A DNA stretch of 63,522 nt, the filler included, from Thermodesulfobacteriota bacterium (GTDB lineage Bacteria > DASVDK01), in the NCBI GenBank assembly GCA_036381125.1. It is 4 parts of 4 records of this genome, joined end to end, with 100 filler letters (N's around TTAATTAATTAA, not from the genome) between each part and the next. Parts side by side here need not be neighbours in the genome. Positions count along the whole stretch, not along the records: positions 29,499 to 46,337 come from DASVDK010000227.1; 3 more parts are not named here. The stretch is one strand, 5' to 3'. The stretch's first letter is position 1. Every line of letters starts with the position of its first letter. Shown one piece after another: positions 30,454-39,380 of the stretch. Below the pieces are notes generated by a model, which did not search any database, had not been told where the DNA came from, and was given only the letters and a program-made list of their open reading frames with translations. Both the position numbers and the translations under genes were made by a program.

Positions 30454-31258
30454 GCCGCGGCGCACCGACCAGCCGGCCGGGGCGCCGGCCGGCCGCGCGT
30501 ACGGGCGTGTGATCGACGCGCTCGCCCTCCTCGCCTCGAGCCAGGGCGGCCTCACCGGATCGGACGTGAGCCGTCGGCTCGGTCTGCCGAAGAGCACGGT
30601 CTTCCTGCTCCTCGACCACCTGCGCGACCGTGGCGTCGTGGTGCTCGACCCGGAGACCCGCCGGTTCTCGGTCGGCCCGGCGCTGGTCGGCCTCGCGTGG
30701 CGGATCATCGGCGTGCTCGACCTCGTCCGGATGGTGCGGCCGCACCTCGAGATGCTGTCGCTCGAGATCGGCGAGGACGTGTACCTGGCGGTGCGCCACG
30801 GCACCGAGTTCGTCTACGTCGACAAGGTAGAGGGGGCGCTGTCGGTGCGGCTCAACACTCGCCTCGGCACGCCACGCCCGCTCCACTCGACCGCCCCTGG
30901 AAAGCTCTTCCTCGCGTTCGGGCCAGAGGGGCTCCTCGACCGCGTCGTCGCCGAGCGAGGACTTTTCCCCGTGACGACGACCACGATCACCGATCCGGTC
31001 CGGCTCGCAGAGGAGCTTGCGGGGATACGGGAGCGCGGCTACTCGTTCAGCGACGGCGAGAACGTGGAAGGGATCGCGGCGCTGGCCGCCCCGGTGCGGG
31101 ACCACACCGGCCAGGTGGCCGCGGCCCTGAACGTGGCGACGCTGCGCGCCCGCGCGATCGAGCGACGGGATTTGTTGGCCGAGCGGCTCCTCGCGGCCTC
31201 GCGGCGGGTGAGCGAAGCGCTTGGAGCGCCGAAGGCCGCCCCGTCGGAGGCTCGGTGA
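30434..31258 (+). CDS. IclR family transcriptional regulator
   Basis: HTH LGLPKSTVFLLL; PLHSTAPGK; IRERGYS..GIAALAAPV; start codon uncertain. Confidence 0.88.
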   Translation: MPRPPGRPRRTDQPAGAPAGRAYGRVIDALALLASSQGGLTGSDVSRRLGLPKSTVFLLLDHLRDRGVVVLDPETRRFSVGPALVGLAWRIIGVLDLVRMVRPHLEMLSLEIGEDVYLAVRHGTEFVYVDKVEGALSVRLNTRLGTPRPLHSTAPGKLFLAFGPEGLLDRVVAERGLFPVTTTTITDPVRLAEELAGIRERGYSFSDGENVEGIAALAAPVRDHTGQVAAALNVATLRARAIERRDLLAERLLAASRRVSEALGAPKAAPSEAR

Positions 31259-31462
31259 TCGAAGCTCTCCCGACTCACCGGTAGGGTGCCGAGGTAACCC
31301 ACGTGCCGCTGCCCGCTTGCGTGCCCGACCTTGTCGCCGTCGGCGGCAGGATCACCTTTCCACCGCGGGCCCGGTGACAGTGGTGCCGCTTACCCTGATC
31401 GTCCAGCGATTCGACCGCCTTGCGCGCGCCTGCCCCCGAAACATCCTCCCCCTCTCCAGGTA

Positions 31463-31548
31463 AACTACCGGGGGTCTGAACTACCGGGGGTCAGGCCTTT
31501 CCATTTTCCATGGGGTCAGGTCTTTCCATTTTCCATGGGGTCAGGCCT
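31463..31548 (+). repeat. Left RAYT-flanking tandem array
   Basis: 2x AACTACCGGGGGTC(T/A)G, then 2.5x 25-bp GGGGTCAGG(T/C)CTTTCCATTTTCCAT (31487, 31512, 31537). Confidence 0.9.
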
Positions 31549-31664
31549 CAACGTTTTCCGCGCCGAGCGCGCGGACCGGTCTTTCACAGGCAGGTCTTCC
31601 ATCGCCGTCTCGAGCCGTGCGCCGGGGCAGGTCTGCGCCTGTCGAACCTGTCCAGGAGGTGCAC

Positions 31665-32681
31665 ATGGCTCGTCCACTTCGAGTCTCCTTCCCGGGGGCC
31701 GTTTACCACGTCACGGCTCGCGGCAACGAACGTCGCCCCATCGTCGCCGACGACGAGGACCGCCAGCGTTTCGTACGGACGCTGGCCGGCATGATCGAGG
31801 AGCACGAGGTCATCTGCCACGCATGGGTCCTGATGACCAATCACTATCACCTGGTCGTCGAGACCCCCCGTGCCAACGTCTCCCAGGCGATCCACTATCT
31901 CAACGGACAGTACAGTCAGGCCTACAACCGGCGCCACGAACGGGTCGGTCACCTGTTCCAGGGTCGGTTCTCCGGGATCCTTGTCGACAAGGAGAGCTAT
32001 CTGCTCGAGGTCTGTCGCTACGTCGTGCTCAACCCGGTGCGAGCCGAGCTCGTCGACTCACCGGAGGATTGGCCGTGGAGCAGCTTCCGTGCGACGGCCG
32101 GACTCGCCCCATGCCCGCCGTGGCTGACGACCGACTGGCTTCTCGGTCATTTCGGCACGCGTCGTGCGACCGCGACCGAAGCCTATCAGCGCTTCGTCGC
32201 CGAGGGGTTGGCGCGGGACCGATCGCTCTGGTCCGAGATGCGCGGACGCGCCGTCCTCGGTAGCCAGGCCTTCGTGTCGGAGATCCGCGCGCGCGTGGCC
32301 GCGGTGGAGGATCCTGACCTGCTCTCGCCCGTTGCCGAGCCCTGGCCGGAGACGCCGAGCATGGACGAGGTCCTGGCCGGCGTTGCCGCGGCCTACCGGC
32401 TCCCGGTGGCCGAGCTGATGGAGCCGCGGACGCCGTACAGGGAGGCCCGCCGCGTCGCCATCTTCCTTGCACGCCGCGTCGCGCGTCGCGGCCTTGCCGA
32501 GGTGGCGGCACGCTTCGGTGCCGGGAAGGCAGCGGTGAGCAAGGTGGCTCGCGCCATCGGGAGCCGTGTACGGGTGGAGCCGGCTCTGCGAGGTCGCGTC
32601 GAGGCGAGCCTTGGAAAATGGAAAGACCTGACCCCATGGAAAATGGAAAGACCTGACCCCATGGAAAATGGAAAGACCTGA
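31665..32681 (+). mobile_element. REP-associated tyrosine transposase (RAYT, IS200/Y1 HUH family) with a C-terminal DnaA_C-like HTH
   Basis: RBS AGGAGGT; MARPLR..PGAVYHVTARGN; HUH motif NHYHL; GHLFQGRF; catalytic Tyr in RYVVLNPVRA; WPWSS. Confidence 0.92.
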
Positions 32682-32685
32682 CCCC
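32612..32685 (-). repeat. Right RAYT-flanking tandem array (inverted relative to the left array)
   Basis: 3x (A)TGGAAAATGGAAAGACCTGACCCC, the reverse complement of the left unit. Confidence 0.93.
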
Positions 32686-32699
32686 GGGGAAGAGGAGGA

Positions 32700-34286
32700 A
32701 TGGTGAAGGGTGACGACTGGCAACGGCCGCTGACGGTGCTGCCGCCGGGGCGGCGGATCGCGGTGACGGCGGGGCTCATGCTCGGCATGTTCCTCGGCGC
32801 GCTCGAGGCGACGGTCATGGGGACGGCGATGCCGACCGTGGTCGCGCAGCTCGGCGGGCTCGAGCACTACAGCTGGGTGTTCACCGCGTACATGCTGACC
32901 TCCACCGCCACGGTGCCGATCTGGGGCCGCCTGTCGGACCTCTACGGCCGGCGGACGACCTACGTGATCGGCGTCGGCCTGTTCCTCCTCGGGTCGATGC
33001 TCTGCGGCCTGTCGACGTCCATGTTCCTGCTGGTCCTCTTCCGCGCGGTGCAGGGGCTCGGCGCCGGGGCCATCGTGCCGATCGGGCTCACGATCATCGG
33101 GGAGATCTACACGCTCCGCGAGCGAGCCCGCATGCAGGCGGTCTTCAGCAGCGTCTGGGGGATCGGCTCCATCGTGGGGCCGCTGATCGGCGGCTTCCTG
33201 ACCGACGCGCTCTCGTGGCGCTGGGTCTTCTTCGTGAACGTGCCGTTCGGTCTCGCGGCCGTCGCGGTGCTGCAGGCCACGTACGCCGACCGGCCGCGGA
33301 GCGGCCAGGTGCGCATCGACTGGCTCGGCGGCGCGCTCCTGCTGGCGGCCGTGTCGATCCTGCTCGCGGGCCTCTCGGGGCTCACCCTGCCCCGGTGGCC
33401 CTGGATCGTCGCCGGCGCGGTCCTGATCGGCCTCTTCGTCGCCGTCGAGCGGCAAGCCGGCGACCCCATGCTGCCGCTCGACGCCCTCGGCGACCGGGCG
33501 AGCGCGACCGCGTTCGGCACGGCGACCTTCGTCGGCATGGCCATCTTCGGCGCGATCGCCTTCATCCCGCTCTACGTCCGCGCGACCACCGGCGCGAGCG
33601 CCACGGAGGCCGGCGCCACCCTCACGCCGCTCATGCTCGGCTGGGTCGGCACGGCCATCCTGGCCGCGCGCCTCATGCTCAAGGTGGGCCACCGCCCGAC
33701 GATCGTCACCGGCACGGGCCTCATGACGGTGGCGCTGGTCGTGCTCGCGCTGATGGGGCCCGAGACGGGCCGGCTCTGGCTCCTTGCCGACGTGACGCTC
33801 CTCGGCGCGGGCAGCGGTCTCTCGAACCTGACCCTCCTGCTCTTCGTCCAGGCCCAGGCCGCGCCCGAGCGCCTGGGGCTGGCGACCTCGCTGCAGCAGT
33901 TCGGCCGGAGCATCGGCGGCGCGGTCGGCACGGCCGTCATGGGCGCCATCTTCGCCGCGCGCCTCGGCGTCGAGGCGGGCGGCGGCGAGGGGGACCTCAT
34001 TGGGGCCACCTGGGGCGGGCCGGCCATGGCCGAGCGCTTCGCGTCGGCCCTCGGCGGGGCGTTCCTCGCGGGCGCCGTCATGGCGGGAGTCGCCCTTCTG
34101 ATCGCGCTCCGGCTGCCGCCGCTCGTCCGGTCCCGGCGCGTCGCCGAGACGGGCGGACCTGCCGCCCGCGAGCCGGAGGCGACCCGTGCCGAGCCGCCCG
34201 CCCCGGAACCGCACCCGATCGCGGGCGATCAGGACGCTGCCCGCACGCGGGATGCCGGGCGGGGACGCGAGGCCTCCGGTCGGTGA
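32700..34286 (+). CDS. DHA2 (EmrB/QacA-type) MFS efflux transporter
   Basis: LEATVMGTAMPTVV; WGRLSDLYGRR; SWRWVFFVNVPFG. Confidence 0.9.
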   Translation: MVKGDDWQRPLTVLPPGRRIAVTAGLMLGMFLGALEATVMGTAMPTVVAQLGGLEHYSWVFTAYMLTSTATVPIWGRLSDLYGRRTTYVIGVGLFLLGSMLCGLSTSMFLLVLFRAVQGLGAGAIVPIGLTIIGEIYTLRERARMQAVFSSVWGIGSIVGPLIGGFLTDALSWRWVFFVNVPFGLAAVAVLQATYADRPRSGQVRIDWLGGALLLAAVSILLAGLSGLTLPRWPWIVAGAVLIGLFVAVERQAGDPMLPLDALGDRASATAFGTATFVGMAIFGAIAFIPLYVRATTGASATEAGATLTPLMLGWVGTAILAARLMLKVGHRPTIVTGTGLMTVALVVLALMGPETGRLWLLADVTLLGAGSGLSNLTLLLFVQAQAAPERLGLATSLQQFGRSIGGAVGTAVMGAIFAARLGVEAGGGEGDLIGATWGGPAMAERFASALGGAFLAGAVMAGVALLIALRLPPLVRSRRVAETGGPAAREPEATRAEPPAPEPHPIAGDQDAARTRDAGRGREASGR

Positions 34287-34409
34287 GCGGCCAACGCCAC
34301 GCTTGACCTGCCGGCCGGCGGTCATGTAGCGTCATCGTGTCCATCCATCTGCAGGCGTCCGCGGCCTCGGGTGCGCGCGCATCGACCCGCGGCGCCGAAG
34401 GAGGCAGCC

Positions 34410-35432
34410 GTGATCCGTCGCACGGGCCGACTCCTGACCCGCCTCGTCCTCGTCCTCGCGCTCGCGGCGCACGCCCTTCCGGTACACCGCGCGGTCGCGG
34501 CCCCGGCGGCCGCGTCCCTCGGCACCGCGCGCGGCGTCAAGGTGGCGGAGCAGAGTTACGGAGGCACGCGCTGGCTGCCGCTCGGCGGCCGGTCGCTGCC
34601 GGTCCTCGCCGACACCCGGATCCGCACGGCGGCCGGCGGGGCCGTCGTCGACCTCGTGGACGGCACGCGAATCGGCGTGCTCCCCTTCAGCACCGCCGCC
34701 ATCCGGTCCGCCGGCGATCGACTGGAGGTCACGCTCGAGCGAGGCCGGCTCACGTTCCGGTGGCCGGCGGAGTCCCGGGCGGTCATCCACACGCCGGCCG
34801 CCAGGCTCGCGCCGCGCCCGGGCGAGGCCGCTGCGGGCGAGGTGGCCGCCGGCGCGAGCACCGGCGTGAGGCTCGCGAGCGGCCGGATCGACGTCGTGGA
34901 CCTCACTACCCGCGCCCCGGTCCTCGTCGCGTCGCGGCAGCCGATCGTCCTGCCGTCGGTTGCCGCCGGCGCTCGCGTCTTCGCGGCCGACGACGAGCCG
35001 CAGGCGGCGCGATCGGGGCGGCCGGTCTTCGGCCCGCAGGGCGACAGCGTCGGCTACCTGGAGGACACGCGGACGCTCGTGGTCCACCCCGGCTTCGCGT
35101 CGGACCTGACCGCCCCCTTCCCAGGCGAGATCGTGCGGCGCGCGATGGCCGCCATCCCGCCCGACCGGCAGCCCGGGGCGACGCCGCTCTTCGACGTCGA
35201 CGGTGACGCCGTCGGCTACGTGTCCGGACCGGCCTTCTACCCGATGACGGCCCAGGCCGGCGGCGGCCCGGTCTTCCAGGAGACGATCCCCGAGGAGGGG
35301 TGGCCCTGGTACTACTACGCTGCCGCGCCCGTGGCTGCCGGCGGCATCGGCGTGGGGATTGCCGCGGCGGCCGGCGGCGGGGGCGGGGGCGGCGGCGGCG
35401 GCGACAGCCCCGCGAGCCCCGTCTCGCCGTAA
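34410..35432 (+). CDS. Secreted FecR-like protein, paralog 1
   Basis: RBS AAGGAGG + GTG; signal peptide; FecR-like DTRIRTAAGGAVVDLVDGTRIGV..LERGRLTF; C-terminal TM + PASPVSP. Confidence 0.75.
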   Translation: MIRRTGRLLTRLVLVLALAAHALPVHRAVAAPAAASLGTARGVKVAEQSYGGTRWLPLGGRSLPVLADTRIRTAAGGAVVDLVDGTRIGVLPFSTAAIRSAGDRLEVTLERGRLTFRWPAESRAVIHTPAARLAPRPGEAAAGEVAAGASTGVRLASGRIDVVDLTTRAPVLVASRQPIVLPSVAAGARVFAADDEPQAARSGRPVFGPQGDSVGYLEDTRTLVVHPGFASDLTAPFPGEIVRRAMAAIPPDRQPGATPLFDVDGDAVGYVSGPAFYPMTAQAGGGPVFQETIPEEGWPWYYYAAAPVAAGGIGVGIAAAAGGGGGGGGGGDSPASPVSP

Positions 35433-35725
35433 GCCGCGCTGCGCCGGCGCCTCTCACCCATCATCGACCCGTCATCATGCGACGCGCCGGTCGGCCGGCG
35501 CGTCGGCCAGTCGCAGCGGGCGCGCCGGCCGCGCGGCGCGTCCGCCACCAGCCGGGCACGTGACACGTGTCTCACGCGTGAAACGGCCGTCGCATCTCGG
35601 GGTTTCGCGATGTGACGCCGATTTTGTTCTTGGCTCGCGACCCAATCTACGTTAGAAGGCGCGCCGACCTCGGGACCACGTGGACGGAGTGGATCGAACA
35701 CTCGCCACGATCCAGGAAGGTGCGC

Positions 35726-36835
35726 ATGAACCATCGTCGGAACCTCCTCTCGACCTTCTGGGTCGCCGCGCTCGTCGGCGCGCTCGTCATCCCTTCGCAG
35801 TCGCTTGCCGCCGTCGCGCTCGGCAGCGCACGCGGCGTCCGCACGGCCGCGCTCTCGCTCGACGGCCGAGGCGGCTGGCTGTCGCTTGCGAACCGCTCGC
35901 TCCCGGTCATGTCGGGCTCGCGCCTGCGCACCACGACCGGCGCGGTCGCCGTCGACCTCGCGGACGGCAGCCGCCTCGTCGTGATGCCGTTCAGCGCGGT
36001 GCGCGTCGACGCGGCGGCGGGCGCGGCGGCTCAGGTCGCCCGCGTCTCGCAGCGCAGCGGCGCCGCCGTCGCGGCGGCCGAGGTGACGCTCGAGTACGGC
36101 CGCCTCGGCTTCCAGGTGCGGCCGTCGAGCCGGTTGTCGATCGTCACGTCGACCGCGCGGGTGAGTCCGGTGTCCGGTCGCGCGGCCGCGGGCGAGGTCC
36201 TCGCCGCGCCGACCGGCACGACCGGCGTGCGCATGGCGAGCGGCACGGTAACCGTGCGCGAGACGACCGGCGCGCGGCGCACCCTCGAGGTGGGGCGCAC
36301 GCCGGTCTTCGTGCCGGGGCCGCCCCCGCCGGGCGCTGCCTTCAGCGCCGACGTGCCGGCCGCGGCCCCCTCCGGCGCGCGCGCCGTCTTCACCGCCGAG
36401 GGCGAGAACGTCGGCTACGTCGGTCGCGACGGCCAGGTCGTCGTCCAGCCCGGCTTCGCGCGAGACCTGGCGCAGCCCTACCCCCGCCAGGTCGTCCAGG
36501 GGGCGCTTGCGCGCATCCCGTTCGAGGCGCGCGGCGAGGCCGTCGTGCTGCTCGACGCCAACGCCGGCTACGTCGGCTTCGTCCGCGAGGGGCTCGTCTA
36601 CGCGGCGGCGGGCGATCGGCCGCCGCTCACCCGGGTGGCCCAGGCAACCGAGGGCGCTGCCGAGGTCCCCGATCAGGACGAACCGGCCGCGGAGAAGCCG
36701 AGGATCACCCGGTGGCCGTGGCACTACACGGTCGGCGTGCTGGCGGTCGTGGGGGGCGCCGCCGCCGCGGCGACCGGGGAACTCGCCGGCAGCGATTCCG
36801 ACGGCGACCCGCCCGCGACTCCGGTCGGACCGTAG
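35726..36835 (+). CDS. Secreted FecR-like protein, paralog 2
   Basis: Colinear with paralog 1 (LGSARGVR, RSLPV, DLADGSR, LEYGRL); C-terminal TM + PATPVGP. Confidence 0.75.
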   Translation: MNHRRNLLSTFWVAALVGALVIPSQSLAAVALGSARGVRTAALSLDGRGGWLSLANRSLPVMSGSRLRTTTGAVAVDLADGSRLVVMPFSAVRVDAAAGAAAQVARVSQRSGAAVAAAEVTLEYGRLGFQVRPSSRLSIVTSTARVSPVSGRAAAGEVLAAPTGTTGVRMASGTVTVRETTGARRTLEVGRTPVFVPGPPPPGAAFSADVPAAAPSGARAVFTAEGENVGYVGRDGQVVVQPGFARDLAQPYPRQVVQGALARIPFEARGEAVVLLDANAGYVGFVREGLVYAAAGDRPPLTRVAQATEGAAEVPDQDEPAAEKPRITRWPWHYTVGVLAVVGGAAAAATGELAGSDSDGDPPATPVGP

Positions 36836-36891
36836 GTGGCGTCCGGGACGAGCCTGTCGTCGCGGCGCGATTCCCGAACGCGCTCGTGAAG

Positions 36892-37040
36892 GGGTCACAT
36901 GGCCCGTGGAGATCTTGCTGACGGCGCGACGCGGTGTGACCGGCGTCGCGCGGCGGCCGACCTCGTGCGTGCCGAGCAAGCCAGCGGCCTGTTTCCAGGC
37001 CGGCTTGTGCTTGACAGGCCAACTGAACAAGTCGTAAAAC
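36892..37040 (+). promoter_or_regulatory. Palindrome GGGTCA-CA-TGGCCC and sigma70-like promoter
   Basis: Palindrome at 36892-36905; TTGACA-18-TAAAAC at 37011-37040. Confidence 0.5.
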
Positions 37041-37183
37041 CGTGCCGAGCGTCGAGCGCCTGGCCTGGTGCGCTCGCCGTTCCTCCCGTTCTTCTGCATG
37101 GATGACCTTCGCGACCCGGGCAGTGGAGCGCGCAGCGCGGCTCCTTCGCCGACGCCCGGGTCACCTCCCGGGGAGGACGCGAC

Positions 37184-38215
37184 TTGATCAACCGCACGAA
37201 CCTGGTGGCACGAACGCTGGCCGCAACGCTTGCGGCGACGATGATGGCGTCTCCCATCACCGCGTGGAGCGCTCCCGCGTCGCTCGGCACGGCGCGCGGC
37301 GTTCGCGCGGCGGAGATCTCCATCGATTCGGGCGCGCGGTGGCTCGCATTGACGGGACGCTCGCTGCCGGTCCTCGACGGCGCGCGCATCCGGAGCACGA
37401 GCGGCGCGGCGATGCTCGAGCTCGCCGACGGCAGTCGCGTCAACGTGCTGCCCTACAGCGCGGTCCGGGTGCGGGAGGCCGCGGACGGCCTCGAGATCGC
37501 GCTCGAGTACGGCCGGCTCACGTTCCGGTTGCCGGAGGCGACGCGCGTCGTCATCACGACCGAGGCCGCCGCGCTCGAGCCGGTGCGCGGCGAGCCGATG
37601 GCGGGCGAGGTCTTCGCGGCCGAGGAGACGACCGGCCTCAAGATGTCGCGCGGCCGGCTCGCCGTGCGGCCGACGGCCGCGGCGGAGCCGGTGCGGCTCG
37701 CGAGCCTCGAGCCGGTCTTCCTGCCGAAGCCGCCGGCGGCGTCCGGCGCCGTCTTCACGACCGACCTCGACGAGGCGGCGGCGCCGGCCGGCTCGCGGAG
37801 CGTCTTCGCCGCGAGCGGGGAGAACCTCGGCTACGTGCGGCCCGATGGGCAGTTCGTCGTCCACCCGGGGTACGCGAACGACCTGACGGGACCATTCGCG
37901 CCGCGCACGGTCGCGCTCGCCATGGCGTCCGTGCCCGAGGTCCATCGGGCCACGGCGGAGCCGCTCTTCGACGTGAACGGCGCCTTCGTCGGCTACACCT
38001 CGGGGCCGGTGTTCTACGCCCAGGCGACGGGGACGCCGACGCCGGCGGTCTCCACGAGCGGCGCCGCGGCCGCCGGTGCGGGAGCGGCGCCGCCGCTCAT
38101 CGCGGGCGCCGTGATCGCCGGCACCGCGGGGCTGGCGGTGATCGCCGGCGCGGCCAACGACTCCGACCCGAGCGGTTGCCGGAGCGCCGCGACGCCGGTC
38201 AGCCCCTGCCCGTAG
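37184..38215 (+). CDS. Secreted FecR-like protein, paralog 3
   Basis: RBS GGAGGA + TTG; same core motifs; C-terminal TM + AATPVSPCP. Confidence 0.75.
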   Translation: MINRTNLVARTLAATLAATMMASPITAWSAPASLGTARGVRAAEISIDSGARWLALTGRSLPVLDGARIRSTSGAAMLELADGSRVNVLPYSAVRVREAADGLEIALEYGRLTFRLPEATRVVITTEAAALEPVRGEPMAGEVFAAEETTGLKMSRGRLAVRPTAAAEPVRLASLEPVFLPKPPAASGAVFTTDLDEAAAPAGSRSVFAASGENLGYVRPDGQFVVHPGYANDLTGPFAPRTVALAMASVPEVHRATAEPLFDVNGAFVGYTSGPVFYAQATGTPTPAVSTSGAAAAGAGAAPPLIAGAVIAGTAGLAVIAGAANDSDPSGCRSAATPVSPCP

Positions 38216-38315
38216 CGTCGGGCGCGGCGCGGCACGGCCGATTCGCCGCCGGCCGGTGACCACCACGGCTCGAGGACGCGGGGCCGACGCCCCGCGTCAG
38301 AGCGAGGCAAGGGAC

Positions 38316-39380
38316 GTGCGCGCAAGTCTCGCGTATCTGCTCACCATCCTGATCGCGTCGGCCGCCGGGCCGCTCGCGGGCTGCGGCGCCGCGCGGACCG
38401 CCCCGCCCCTGCCGGCGGACGGCGCGGCCGCACCGGCGCCGGCGGAGCCCGGCACCGCCGCGCTCAACACGCGCCTCCTCGCGCAGGTCTCGCCGGCGGG
38501 CGGCGAGGACCTCCCCATCGGCCCGGGCGACCTCGTCGAGGTGTCGGTCTTCGAGGTCCAGGAGCTGACCGGCCTCAAGGTGCGCGTGCCGGTGCGGGGG
38601 ACCGTCACGCTGCCGCTCATCGGCGAGGTGCCGGCGTCGGGCCGCACGGCCCAGGAGCTGGAGGCGGCCATCCGCGAGCGCCTCCAGGAGAAGTACATGC
38701 ACGACCCGCAGGTGTCGGTGTTCGTGCTCGAGCAGAAGAGCCAGCGGATCTCGGTGCTCGGCGCGGTGCGGCGCGGCGGCGTCTACCCGATGACGAGCCA
38801 GCTCCGCCTGGCCGATGCGCTCGCCCTGGCCGAGGGGCTTGCCGACGACGCCGACCACGTCGTCTACCTCATCCGCCGCGTCCCGGCCGGCACCGTGGCG
38901 CTCGCCCAGGCCGGGCAGCCGGTCGCCGCCGCGCCTCCGCCCGCCGGCGGGCCGACCGAGGAGGTCATGGCCCGCATCGACCTCGAGCAGCTCGCCAGCG
39001 GCCGCGACGAGCTGAACGTCGTCCTGCAGGCGGGCGACGTGATCCAGGTGCCGAAGGCCGGGTCGTACTACGTCAGCGGGTCGGTGGAGCGGCCGGGGTC
39101 GTTCTTCCTCAAGACGCGCACGACGCTCCAGCAGGCGATCAGCGCCGCGGGGGGCGTCACGAGCACCGCCGACTGGGACGACGTGCGGATCTACCGGACC
39201 CACCCCGACGGCTCGCGCGAGGTGCTCGACTTCAGCCTCGAGGCGATCGAGAAGGGGGCGCCGGCGCCGGAGATCCGCAAGCACGACGTCATCGTCGTGG
39301 GGAAGTCCTACGCCAAGGCGTTCTTCTTCGGCGTGGCCGACTTCTTCAAGGGCATCTTCGGGTTCTCGAAGGGCATATGA
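38316..39380 (+). CDS. wza: Polysaccharide export outer-membrane lipoprotein (Wza/OPX)
   Basis: Lipobox LAGC; IGPGDLVEVSVF..LPLIGEV; SLBB repeats. Confidence 0.88.
   Translation: MRASLAYLLTILIASAAGPLAGCGAARTAPPLPADGAAAPAPAEPGTAALNTRLLAQVSPAGGEDLPIGPGDLVEVSVFEVQELTGLKVRVPVRGTVTLPLIGEVPASGRTAQELEAAIRERLQEKYMHDPQVSVFVLEQKSQRISVLGAVRRGGVYPMTSQLRLADALALAEGLADDADHVVYLIRRVPAGTVALAQAGQPVAAAPPPAGGPTEEVMARIDLEQLASGRDELNVVLQAGDVIQVPKAGSYYVSGSVERPGSFFLKTRTTLQQAISAAGGVTSTADWDDVRIYRTHPDGSREVLDFSLEAIEKGAPAPEIRKHDVIVVGKSYAKAFFFGVADFFKGIFGFSKGI

Noticed and set aside
31487-32685. 25-bp repeats as a CRISPR array
   Set aside because: The units are directly adjacent with no spacers, no cas genes are present, and they flank a RAYT
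35550-36950. CRP/Clp-like boxes between the FecR-like genes
   Set aside because: Only half-sites or wrong spacing (N5, N8, or mismatched arms); too weak to call
35315-38266. Long antisense or alternate-frame ORFs (e.g. 35315-38266 -, 43247-46276 -, 43183-46389 +, 23330-25951 -, 57439-59856 -)
   Set aside because: Arg/Pro/Gly-rich shadow frames of recognisable genes, expected at this GC content
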